DNA of 63,540 nt, filler included, from Sphacelaria rigidula (taxonomy: Eukaryota), in the NCBI GenBank assembly GCA_964200075.2. It is 7 parts of 7 records of this genome, joined end to end, with 100 filler letters (N's around TTAATTAATTAA, not from the genome) between each part and the next. Parts side by side here need not be neighbours in the genome. Positions count along the whole stretch, not along the records: positions 1 to 8,993 come from CAXNAA020009572.1; positions 9,094 to 18,086 come from CAXNAA020009573.1; 5 more parts are not named here. The stretch is one strand, 5' to 3'. Both the position numbers and the translations under genes were made by a program. Positions within the stretch are counted from its first letter, which is position 1, and each line of letters opens with the position of its first letter. The notes below the pieces were generated by a model that saw only the letters and a program-made list of their open reading frames with translations, was not told the origin of the DNA and did no database searches. Positions 1 to 12,000 of the stretch are shown piece after piece.

Positions 1-844
1 GCAGAGGCGGTGTAGCCGGGACGGGCGTTCGGGGGTGCGTCCTCCCCATTGAGCCCGGGCAAGGGAAGCCCCCCCCCCCCCCCCCCTCGCCGGTAGTGGA
101 TCTGCGGGAAACCGTGCTTAGGCCTTCAAATGCGTGTTTCTTCGCCTCGGCTGCGAAAGTGGTCAGCCCAGTCCGCATTCTGTACTTGTGCGCATTTTTC
201 ATCCGCTGAACTCGTATTGTTCGATATTCCGAAATCCTGCGGCAAAATTTTGGGGTTTTGCCTCGTGCTTACACACGTGACGCGAGTCATGTGCTGCGTA
301 GCTGTCGTTGTGGTCGTTATTTCATCGCTGTAGAAGTAATCCCCTTGCGAACATATGCCTTCACAAGTTTGTTCCTGGTGGATAAAAAGAACAGAACAGC
401 CGACACAACTGTAGCACGAGCCGTTTTGAGGGCGCATTTTGTCTACGTTGGAGGTTACGAGCAAGCGTCAATATGTAGAGTGCCTTGGCCCGTGCTGTTT
501 TCTTCCGTCGCGGGTGTGAAATCTACTAGCAGATCAACATCGTTTGTTCTGAGTCGTCGGGTCTGTTTGTTTGGTCGGAGCAATCGTGTTTAGTGCACAG
601 TAAAGCATGGCGTCCATGCGATGAGTGAAGCCCAGAATACGTACCCTCTTCCCCTTTCCCCCACCCGTGATCGCCTCCTCAAGTTCTCCCAACACTAACA
701 ACGATTGATGGGATGAAATGAATTCACTGGAGAAGCGCCGTTTCTGCTGCTGCTCGCGCCAAGATATTCACTTCTAGACCTCTGCTGCCCCCGCCTTGTG
801 TTCGTGTTTCGTTGCGTATCGCGTGTGTCCCCTCCGAATCACAG

Positions 845-2223
845 GTGGAGCAGGTCGTCCTCGAGCACGTCGCCATGATGCAAGCCGAAAACGCCGCCTC
901 GCCGCAGGCCACGGACATGGGACCCCGCCCGCCGCAGCCACCGCCGCCGCCTGCGCAGCCAGCTGCTCCCCAGCTAGACTTCCGAGACGGGACTCCCCGC
1001 GCCCCCCCATCCGAGTCCCGTGCCCGCCGGATGTACCTCAGGGTGGCGCGATATGTTGATGTCACTACTGCTGCTCTTCGCGATGCTTCTTCTACTGGTG
1101 CTGGTGCTGCTGCTTCATACATTTCAGCAGCCGATAGAGCTGCTTCGCTAAGTGCCGCGGTGGCGGCAGCGGCTACCATCGCTGCTTCACTGTCGGGTTC
1201 TGCCACTACTCAAGCCGTCGCGGCTAGGTCGTCAAGCTCTTCTTCCTTGTCTACCTCCGACCCGACTGCCGCGATTTTGCTGTCCGCTTCGACTCCTCCG
1301 GGTTCGACCGTTGCGGCTTCAGCCAGGTCATCTTCCCCTGCGACTGCTACTGCTGTTGCTGCTGGTAGTACTGCTGCTGCTGGTTCTACCACCACTCAGG
1401 CCGTCGCGGCTAGGTCGTCAAGCTCTTCTTCCCTGTCTACCTCCGACCCGACTGCCGCGATTTTGCTGTCCGCTTCGACTCCTCCGGGTTCGACCGTTGC
1501 GGCTTCAGCCAGGTCATCTTCCCCTGCAACTGCTGCTGCTGCTGGTGGTACTGGTGGTACTGGTGGTACTGCTGCTGGAACTGCTACCGCAGTGCCTCCG
1601 CCGGACTCGGGCCCCCCTGGTCCTGCTGGTCTTTCGCCTTCTGCACCGTCGTCTGACGGTGGTGAGTTGAAGTGGCTTGCCTCGAAGGCTTGAGATGTTG
1701 TTTGTCCTTTGTTGTTGCTGACGATCTTTCGAGGTTGATATTTTATGAAAGTCCTTCAAGGGTAAAGGCTTGTTCATCCATCTGTTAGATCGGCATCAAG
1801 TAGCTGGAAACGCTGTGATACGTGGCTGTTCGTTCATTTTGGGCCGCTCGAAGGGGACAAAAGCTTCTTTTGATTCTGTCGGGGTTTGCGATATCGATTT
1901 TACCGCCAACCAACATGGATTAGGCGCCTGCTGCTCAAGGTTCCTGCCGCAGATAATGCGGGTGCTTCCGGTCCTACTACAACTATTTGTTGCCAACGTT
2001 GAAGTAGTAGTACACTATATCTTCAAGAATGGTAGGCTGGTGCCTCTGGTGTCTAGGTTAAAAATTTCAAAACTTCGTGAACAGTGGGTGATTGTGACCT
2101 AAGTTGCCTCAAGGCAATCCAAAGGAGAGGCACTAATATGACATATCTCTACGCCACATGAGTCCCTGGGGCCTTTTCCTTTCTTTCTTTCTTTTCCCCT
2201 TTTGTTCCTTTTTTTTCCTTTTT

Positions 2224-2262
<39 letters not shown>

Positions 2263-2559
2263 CTCTCTCTTTTTTCTCCATCGTTTTATTGTATTGTATT
2301 TTATTTGCTCTGTACTTTCCTCTTCTTTTCCTTTTTCCTTGTTTTAGGTCGGCCATTTCTTCCTGTGCTTTGCTTGTGTTGACTTTTTTATTACCTTTTT
2401 TTTGGTACGACTTAGTCTGCTGTGTCGTTCTGTTCTACCCCTTTTTCGCTTTTTTCTGTTCCTTCTTTTTCTCAGAGCGTGTTTCAGTTTCGTTTTTTTT
2501 GGGTACGTACGTCTATCATGAGACCACGGCTGGACCCCTGAGGGGTCAGTTAAAGTCCG

Positions 2560-2599
<40 letters not shown>

Positions 2600-3040
2600 C
2601 ATGTCATGGCGCAGTGTTTTGGTACATACGTACATATCGTGACAGCTGTTGAGATGCTGTGGTACGCTCTGATGTTGTTTTGATACAGAGGCATTCGTTT
2701 TTGTCGTTCTACTTGGGACATCGGAAGCCGCCTCGTCGCTGCAACAACGTGAAGCTGTCGCTTGTACCTCGGTTTCCGTATATCGCGCAAGAAATCGACA
2801 GATAAAACGAGAGAAGATATGGGGAGAGGTTCTTCGGGCAGCGGTATGATTGATTGATTGATTGATTGGTTGGTTGGTTGTCGCACTTTAACTGACCCCC
2901 CGGGGGTCCAGCCGTGGTCTCATGAAAGACGTACGTACCCAACAAAAACAAAACTGAAACACGCTCTGAAGGAAAGAAGGAACAGAAAAAAAAAAAAGTC
3001 GAACAGAACAACGAAGCAGACTAAGTCGTAACAATAAATA

Positions 3041-3108
<68 letters not shown>

Positions 3109-5803
3109 AAAAAAATCAACACAAGCAAAGCACAGAAATAAATGGCCGACCTAAAACAAGAAAAGTAAAGATCAAATAAAAAAAATACAATAAAACGAGG
3201 AAAAAAGGAAAAGGCCCAAAGGATTCATTCAGGGCAGCAGAGTAGTATACTTCGAAGTAGATACACACCAGTGGGCACCGCAGAGCTATGATCCGATGAA
3301 ATATTTGTGGTCTTGCTCTGTTGATGGAAGACAGGCGGGTATCGACCACACGAGCCAAAGTCTAGCGGGTTTGATGCCGTCGTTTGCACGCGGAAGAGCA
3401 TCTTGTGCCCCCTTCGTTGTAATTTTTCCGTTTTACCATTTTCATGAGTCTCTCCTCGTAGCGTAACTGTCAAGCATGCAGGGGCCGCACACCACCCGAA
3501 CGTGGCGAAAAATGGGCCAAGAAAATTTCAATCTACGAGGGTTTATGAACTCGTCGATGTTACTGCACTCCCACAATCGCCTTGATTATTGGTCATGCAT
3601 AATTTGATCAGGTAAAAAAAATGCTGTAGAGTGCTTGTGTCCTTTGGGGCTGCTCAATGTTTGATCGTCCGCTACAGGTATGTTGCTGGCTTTTGGTATC
3701 TTTAGCTTTTTGGGCGAAAAGTATGCCCAAAGAACGCGCGATTATTTTTTTATTCCATCAAGATGTGCACAGATACAGCTCTCGTGTATATTCGCTACAG
3801 CACGTGTTGTCAGCTTTTATCGGAACACGGCAACATCCAATCCCTGTCCCTGATTGTTTTCGCATGCTCACCTTTTTTTTCAATTACGGCACCGTCCCTC
3901 GCCCCCCGTGCACCCCCTCGTCCAAGTAGATATCTTAATTGCGATCGTTCACCCAGAGTTGGATTTTTTTTCACACGTTCAACCACTGCGACGGAGGGTC
4001 ATGGGGCTTGTAGTCGTTGACTTACTCGTCGCCGTTTTTCGTATCTATTCACAGGAGTCGAATCTTAGTCGTCGCCATTTTACGGGTTTAGTCGTAAGTG
4101 TCGCCTCTGGCCCGTTCCTCATTTTTCGAACTTGATCGTTTATCTAGGTCGGCCATTTATTTCTGTACTTTGCTTCTGTTGAGTTTTTTTTCCTTCTTTC
4201 TTGATTTTTTTTGTTTTTTTACGTCTTAGTCCACCATGTCGTTCTGTTCGACTTTTTTCTGCTCCTTCGTTTTTCTCGTACGAGTGTTTCAGTCTTGCTT
4301 TTTCTGGGTTTCATACAACCTGTCTTCCCCTCCCCCCTTCCCCCCCTCCCCCCCGACCCGCCCGAATGCAACAATCCGACAGCTTCGTCTGCTGCTGCTA
4401 TTGCTAGTTCGGAACCTGCCTCCACCTCGACCGCCCGCCGGCACGCCTCCCGCCACCTACCCCTCCACCTACCCCGCCGCGGGGATGGATGGGTGAACAG
4501 CCGAAGCCCTGAGCTGCAGCGCGCGCTCGAGAAGTCCTTAGCTGCCCAGCGCCGTGCCCAGGAGCAGCGCGCGGCACAGTTAGAGGCTAGGAGGATCGCT
4601 GCGGCGGAAGCGCTCTTTGCGTTCGCGAGCAGTTTCGGCAGCAGCAATAGCAGCAGCCACAGCGAAACCAGTGATGCAGCTAGCAACAGTGGCAGCATTG
4701 CCGACGGGTCAGGAGCTGTCGACGACGGCCTCAGCTTTCGCAGTGAACGTCCGAAGGATTGTAGCGAGGATGAAGAGGAGAGCGAGGTGCAACATGAGGA
4801 GGACAATCACGAGAAAGTTGGCACCACCGGCCAGGCAATGTTTCGAGCTTTTTCGCGAACCTGCTCGTGTCTTCGTGTTCCCTCCCCCTACCCCTCAGCC
4901 CCCCCCCCCACCCGCTGTAGAACACTAGATTTTTTGCCGTCAATGGCGGGCAGATCATTCACCCAGAAAGCGCAGTAGTATTCAAAACGTACCCAACCTT
5001 TGATTTCCCGTGCGCACCCCTGTTGACCCACCTCCTTTCCTCTTCGGCCTCGGTGCTCCTCTATCTGACAGGCGGCACCGCTGTCCAATCCTATCGCTAC
5101 GTTACCCGCTTCCGACAACAACCCGAGCGACCCTTGCCCTAGCGGAAACGACGCGGACGACAACGAATCGGCCACTCGTAGTGGTAGCCCGCGGCGCCTG
5201 GGGTGCAAGCGAGCGCGCCCCACCATGAGCGATGAAGATGCTCGCAGCATCCGCCAAGCGATCGCCCGGATTGCCCCCCCGCCCGCGCCTTCTCCACCTT
5301 CAGGACCGCGTTGTCGTGCTCCCCTATCACTGCCGTCGTCGCCGCCGCCTCCTTCGCATCCGCCGTACAACAACCTGGCTGCCGCGCTGTCCATGGAGAC
5401 GGAGGTATCCCTCGACGATGTGGACGGCCCGCCGTATGAGCCAGAGACACCGACCGATACGCCGCCGGACTCGCCGCAATATGCGCCGGGGACACCGATC
5501 GACACCCCGCCCGACAACGATCCGGCTGGCGCGCTGGTCGCGGAGGCGGGTGATGTGCTCGACGGTGTGGACGCCCCCCCTGGTGAGCTGCGGATGCTGA
5601 GTTACATGCCCGGTGTGGACGGCCCGCCGTATGAGCCGGAGACACCGACCGATACGCCGCCGGACTCGCCGCTACATACGCCGGCGTGGCACGTCACTGA
5701 AGAACTGATGTCGGAGGAATTGCCCCGTTGGAATGACGTGGAGTTGGACGAGGAAGATTTAGCTATGAAGAGGTCGTCGTTGAAGCGCCTTCGCCAGGAG
5801 GAG
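845..5803 (+). CDS. Partial multi-exon hypothetical protein, Ser/Ala/Thr/Pro-rich and probably disordered (exons 845-1661, 4383-~4816, 5072-5803)
   Basis: Three long open segments with compatible splice phases: CAG| at 844, G|GTGAGT at 1661 (phase 1), GACAG| at 4382 (phase 1), GACAG| at 5071 (phase 0), GAG|GTTCGT at 5803. The exon-2 donor is uncertain (4816 GT or 4834 GC). No recognised domain apart from a UIM-like ELQRALEKSL. Confidence 0.55.
1203..1535 (+). repeat. In-frame internal duplication, period 186 nt (TTQAVAARSSSSSSLSTSDPTAAILLSASTPPGSTVAASARSSSPATA x2)
   Basis: Two near-identical ~145-nt blocks starting at ~1203 and ~1389. Confidence 0.95.
2158..2599 (+). mobile_element. Short retroposon (SINE or LINE 3' end) with pyrimidine-rich body and (CAAT)n tail
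   Basis: Conserved core GACCACGGCTGGACCCC..GGGGTCAGTTAAAGT.CGA followed by (CAAT)9. Homologous copies at 2847-3228 (-), 4145-4310, 18243-18397 and a decayed copy near 35926-35990 (-). Confidence 0.75.
2847..3228 (-). mobile_element. Second copy of the (CAAT)n-tailed retroposon, inverted; contains an (AAT)n microsatellite
   Basis: Reverse complement matches 2158-2599 from ATGA.TCC..GGGCCTTTTCC to the (CAAC/CAAT)n tail. (AAT)n lies at ~3037-3106. Confidence 0.75.
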
Positions 5804-6494
5804 GTTCGTGTGGGTGTGCGTGTGTGTTTCTCACTCCAATGGGCGTATGCGTAAGGGACATGCATTGTGTGTGTGTCTGTGTGTGTGTGTGTGTGTGTGT
5901 TCGTCAATGGAATTTTATTTGTGTTTTGGCGGGTTGTGCGAGTTCATTTTGGTTATTGGAAACGACGTGTTGTTCTACCCTTGCAAATGAATTATGCTAC
6001 GAGATGTCCAGGGGGGGAGGGGCTTGTTGATGTGTCAGTCTGTGAAGCAGGAAAGAGGTTGTATTCGAATTACCGCTGGGTTTGTGAGCGGTGACCGAAG
6101 CAAGTACATGTGAGTCTTGCGTGTACTTGGAGAAGAAGCAGATATCCACTGCACCACTGTTGACGTTTCACGAAGATATCGCTTCTTTCAAGAGCTGTAT
6201 TCGTTGTTGTCAGTCAAGGAGGGCTAGCGCCACCCCCTGTCCCACCGTGCCTCCCCCTTCTCGCGAGGATTCCGCTATGGCTGGTCACCCAACAATCGGA
6301 AATAGGTAAATGTCGGAGCATCCATTCCGTATTTTCTTCCCCTCGCCCTCTGCCCCCCCCCCCGCCCCCTCCATTTTGTTGAAACACCCATGAGGCAGCG
6401 TGTAAGCCGTAGTTGTGTCTAGACATGCCCTTACCAGAAAAGGAAGCAATTCATGGTAGACTGTCGTCCGTATGCAAGATTATCAGTACGCTTC

Positions 6495-6654
6495 TCACCC
6501 TTCACGCGACTCGCCGAACACACCACGGCGCTTCGTGCTTGGTGATTGAGTGCGAGCCTTGTCCGGCGAAACCCCGGCGTGCTCCGTCCCGGGTTTGCAG
6601 GGATGCGAGGTCAATTGTCATGCGACTACGGCGTGCAAGATCATGAGTACACAC
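6495..6654 (-). repeat. Unclassified ~160-bp dispersed repeat (family Y)
   Basis: Homologous to 27021-27179 (+), 27280-27344 (-) and 61429-61588 (+), with fragments near 52170 and 61905. Confidence 0.8.
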
Positions 6655-8993
6655 TTCCATTTTTGCAGACTGTACTCTCCTCCCCGCTGTCTCTCGTCAA
6701 CGTGAGCGTCCGGCCTGGTCCTAGCATGCAGCCCCAACAATTCTGACGCTTAAACCCCGGCCGTGCTTGTGCAAAATCTTCAGGAGGACGTGGAAGAGGA
6801 TATCAATGCCGACGACAACCTTCCCTTGCGCAAGAAGCTATTTCGCTAATGATTGCTACACATCGGGCGCTGAAGTTTGTGCTGGGTGAGGTGGGGGGGG
6901 GGAGTGGGTGGCAGAGTGACCAACAAGCGCAACTCTGTTTTCATCTAACAATTATTAAGGTCATACACGTAATGGTACAACAAATAATTCCGCAATACTT
7001 TATGTTTTTAGTTTTGTTTGCTGGATGGGAAGAGCGTGTTCTGGGAGAGGGGGGGAGGGAGGCATGTTGTGAGTGGATAGACAACAGCCTCAACGTGAAA
7101 ATTGGCTGTTTGCTCAGGAGTTCAATGAAGCTTGGAAATGGTTGGGCGGCTGACGGCACAGAGGCATGGAGAACACTGTGCGTGTCTTCGCGGGCGTCGT
7201 CGATCATACCAGCACTTTGGTTGGGTTGCTGTTACGCACTTCCCTTCGGTGTGACCCACCCTGATATCTCCCGTTCGAACTCATTTTCTTCCATGATGAC
7301 GATGCTTGTGACATGGATAGCTGCATCGTTGGGAAGATGCCATTGACGGCCACGGTTAAGCAAGGGGGTAGTGCGGTGCTCCCAAGGGAGTTTTGTGGGT
7401 GGGTGGGGACCGCGGGGTTTATTCTTGTTTGCTTACTGTCGCTCTGAGCCTCGTAGGGTGCACAGGGTGGAATCTATTGTGTGTGTGTGTGTATGTGTGC
7501 TCACGCCTTGCATGCATCAGAGTCGAATCAGTCTTGTTCTTGCTGTCCATTTTTCGTTCATCTGGTTATCGTTCGTGAATTTTTTTGCGGCGGGAAGCAC
7601 GACGTGAGGCGCTCTGCGGGATCTGTTGGTTGCAAGCAGCCAACGGGCGTGGAGTTGCGATGTGCAGATCATGCGGAGGGGTGATCTCTACAGTCCCTTT
7701 GCTTCGATCTGTCTGATTTTTCATACTTGTGATATTGGGGTGGAGTGCAGAGGGCTGGATGGGAGCTTTTGCTATTTGCTCGTACCTCTGTGGTCCTTAC
7801 TGCAGAACGTTGGGGGGCTGAAGGCAGGGTGCGTCGCTCTACTATTGCAGCACTTCTCCTTTGTACGCTCCGTCTGCATTTGAATACGCGATTGCTAGGC
7901 CATTTCACGGCTCCCCATACAGTACATGTACTTCATATGGTGGTTCATGTACGAGGCTCTAACGAGACGTGTAGAAGTGTGCGAGAATACCAGCTTGATT
8001 ATGCGCCTTCGTTTCCCGCGCGTTCGCTACGGATGTTTGGTTTCTTCTTGAACGGTTTTCAAGTCTTGTGATTACACCTTTGTAGACATGCGTGTCTCTA
8101 GATGTCGCTTGTGCAAGAATGCAGACGTTCGCTCGTGATGGTGTGGGTAGTGCTGACAAAACACGGCATGAGTTGGCCTCAGTTTCCGGCACGATGTACT
8201 GTTGTGTATTGGATGTATACATGTGCAGGCAGTTCTAGTTGTGCTCGTTGTGGATGCGTGGTGTGCAACTCCGTGATGTTGATTTGCGCTAACTGCGCAT
8301 GCTCTGTGTGAATATGTGCATGTGTCACTGCGTGTCTTGCTAGGCCGGTAGTGTTGTGCAGGTGAGCCAACAGTGGTCAGATTGGTTGTTTTGCGCCCTT
8401 GTTGTGGTATAATATGGTGTGACGTGACGTGACGTGACGTGGCGTGGCGTGGCGTGATATGATGTGATGTGAAGTAAATTTCAAGCGCGGGTCTATGGAC
8501 AGGGAATAAACAGCGTTGCCCTCATAGCCAACGGTTACGAATTAATTTCATCGTATCCCGTCATCTTCTGGTTTTGGTGTATCCCACGGAGGGCGTTTTC
8601 ATCGATGTTGCCGATATCCGTATCTCGCATGTGAATGTGAGAGCGAGGTTGTGCGTCGCGTTCGTATATTTCTCGCATGCCATACAGTACATGGTCGTTC
8701 GTTCAAGGGTGCAGCTGTGTGTATTTCTGCTATCAGTTGTGGTACTTGTGTTATCGACGGGCGTGGGCATGGTATGAGATGAAGGCTACTACCCGTAGTG
8801 GCACCCTGTCGGTTTGCTCTGAGATTTCGCCGGCGTGATGCCCGTCGTGTTTTGACCGTGATGAATTTCGCTAATTCTAGCATAAAGAGGGACGGCATAT
8901 CTATGCGATGGTAATGCACGAAAAAAAGTATACTTCCTCTGTCCCACAAGTCTGTATCGTTATGTTTGTACGAGCCCTTAACGATGTCCGATT

Positions 8994-9093
8994 NNNNNNN
9001 NNNNNNNNNNNNNNNNNNNNNNNNNNNNNNNNNNNNNTTAATTAATTAANNNNNNNNNNNNNNNNNNNNNNNNNNNNNNNNNNNNNNNNNNNN
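8994..9093. other. Artificial contig spacer N44-TTAATTAATTAA-N44
   Basis: Six-frame stop linker, identical at six positions in the window. Confidence 0.98.
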
Positions 9094-12000
9094 TGATTCG
9101 GTAAACCTGAGAAGTTGTGGTGTTCTCGGGAAATGTTCTCTTTACAGCTGGACCAGCTCGTAGCTCGCAGATAAAGCATATATTTTAAGAATGTTTTCCC
9201 GTGTTACTAGCACATTGAATGCGAATGTATGGTATTAGCCCGCCTCCACCTCAAAGAATGTCATTATGTTGTTTGATTTCGGAATATATCCCCAACTATT
9301 TCTTCGGAATGTGTTGAACCTTTGACCGCCAGGGTTGGTAGTCAGGGTTGCGTATTATCTCATTATCAGGTGAAAAGGATGCCGGTTCCACAAATGGACA
9401 CTCCCGGTGCTAAACGTCCGTTCGTGGAATCGGCATCACCTTCACTTCTTTCTCAATTTTCAATCGACCGAAAATCTCACACATCGAATGCTAGACACTC
9501 AATTCGGCAAAAATGTCAACTGGGCTTCACTAGGGGTGAGACAGTAGAGTTACGGGTCCCGAAGAAGAACGTTGTCGCACGCTGCTGCCGAAAGATCTCC
9601 AGAGCGAGGCGTACTTCTCTCTCTTGTCATTTAAGCAAGGATTCGGCCGTGACCGATGGTAGGTAAGCAGAAGAAGTGAACGAGGTGGTACGGTAGTACC
9701 AGCTACGTTTTACTAGAGTCCATGCGGTTGCCCCGTTGTTTCGGGCTCTTGTACCGGTGATTCTGTTTGCCTAGGTTGCCCAAGATCCAGTTTCACAGGT
9801 TTGAACGTTTCGTGTCCGCTCATGTGTGTCACTGGCGGACCCCGTTGTTGAAACTGTTTCTCTGGCTTACATGTGTATTTGGGTGTTCATTACGCCGCTC
9901 ATGCATACGTGGTCTCCACTCAACCCCCCCTTTTGACGCGCCCAAGTCTCTTTATTCGAAGGGCTGAGGCGATCATTCATGACGAGAATGATATCAACGT
10001 GGATTCCTCAATGTATGTGTGTTATTATACCATTATATTGGCCTGTCTGTGTGAGAACATGTCGTATCCTCTATACTGTCGTGTTGAGTAAACACAAGAC
10101 GGTGAATTTTATCGACGTTCGCATCTAGGTTCATGTAATCACATACTAGTGTCGGCGGCATCTGTGAGATCTGTGTGATTAGTACAGACTCTGATTCCCC
10201 CATAGACAGACGCTGATTTATGGGCGATTCAGTGGAAAAAATAGTGTTTTCGCATAATTGGAATGGACTGTCGTCCCGCGTTTTGCTTGGACACTGAACC
10301 CGTGGTGATTACCGTATGATATGGTAATACTTGCGCCTGGGGGAGACAAATATCGAAACAAAAAGAGAACGGTGGCAATTATTGTATGTCTGGAGCGGTT
10401 CATCCCAAGTTTACAGAATTTCCACGGCTATCCTCGCCAGCAATACCCCTATCTTGCTGGTAAAAGCTCAGACCTGTGGGTCGAGTCTCTCTCCACCGCT
10501 GATATCCTTGTGGTCGCGGTGACCATTGCATCAATCCTCTCTTGTCTTGACCGTACACCGAGCGCGTCTGCATGTAGCGGGAAATTTCCCTGCAACTGCA
10601 CGTTTCTGGGCATTGTCCTTTATGGGAAACTTGGTTTCCGCTTTAACCCTTTGACAACCACCCCCCCACAGGAAGACCGGATAAGACTATCCACATTTGG
10701 GGTTCGGAATCATTCCTTTGTCACAACACAAAACGCCTACTCTACAGACGGAAGGATCCAGGGGTGCATATGAGGCACATAGTTGTGAGAGTCATAACAC
10801 AGGCGCCTGCAGGTATCATTAGATTACGCTGCATAATTTTGCACAGCAGCAACAGTCTGTAGTGTTTTGTGCCGCAGCTCCACGAACCTTCTACAGCGTA
10901 CTAGATCTTACAGGTTTGCACGTGTTGAGGGTACGCAGCGTGCGTGTGTGGTTTTTCACCATGACTACCGCTGCGAACACGTTGACAGCACGTATTGCGC
11001 TTATCGGCGCAGTTTCACTGGGGCTATCGTGACTGAAAATTCTCACTGGGCAACACGATCCGCCGCCTTTGAATCGCGGGCAGTACATTGTCCTACACTC
11101 TCCCGCAGGCGCCGAGATATTCAGGACAAGTGAAAATTAGGTCGCCGACCGTCGTGCGTGCCGTCAACTATTTGAAGAGAGCAACCAGGAATGTGTAAAC
11201 CCACGTTCCACAGGTCCAGTATCTCAAACTCGAGGTTCCCGGTATATTTGACTGTAAAATACTGTGAAATGTACCAGGAACCTCGAGTTTGAGATACCTC
11301 TTCTGATTCGGAACGATTCGACATCTATCTGTCCATTTCCCGACAGGAATTCTCCACCCCGATGTTCATAACCTCCGAGTAATGGGGGAATTGAGAAATA
11401 GCGAATGGTGCTTTCACTTTCAAGATCAAAATATCGCCATATCGCGACCGGAGGGTGCATTATAGCGCCTAGTTTGTAATACTGCGATTGTTACACACCC
11501 TGGACGATATACGGTCAATAGATGCATTTGACGAGAATTGTACTGCATAAAGTATAGGCCTATTGCGACTATTGCCGGCCGATAGTAGTCGCAATAAAAT
11601 GGATTTTTTCACGGACCCGAATTTGGTTGTCCCTCCATAACTTTTGATCCGAGGTGACGAATATAACGAAATGTATGTAGCGAACGCCCGCGGCCACGCG
11701 CTAAAGGGTAGCTGGGGCAGGGAAAAAAAAAAAAAAATGCATCAAGCCGGGGTTCGAACCCGCGTCCTGGGTCTTTCCCCCCGTTTGTTTTTGGCTGTGA
11801 GCTTTTTTTTTTCTGCTAGCATTTGCTCACAATTTTTTTTCCAGACCCCGCAGCACCCGGCAAACACTTCTAACCTTCACCTACCAGCCTACAGCTACTT
11901 GCAGAGGACTGCTGCCGAGATAGCCCCCCCCCGAACCGACAAAAAAGTGCATGGAGGCGGTGAGCATAAATGCCGTCAGAGTTGGTATTGTGCTGCACGA

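Noticed and set aside
2099..2642. Hydrophobic or Lys/Arg-rich ORFs
   Set aside because: They are translations of pyrimidine tracts and microsatellites in the retroposon.
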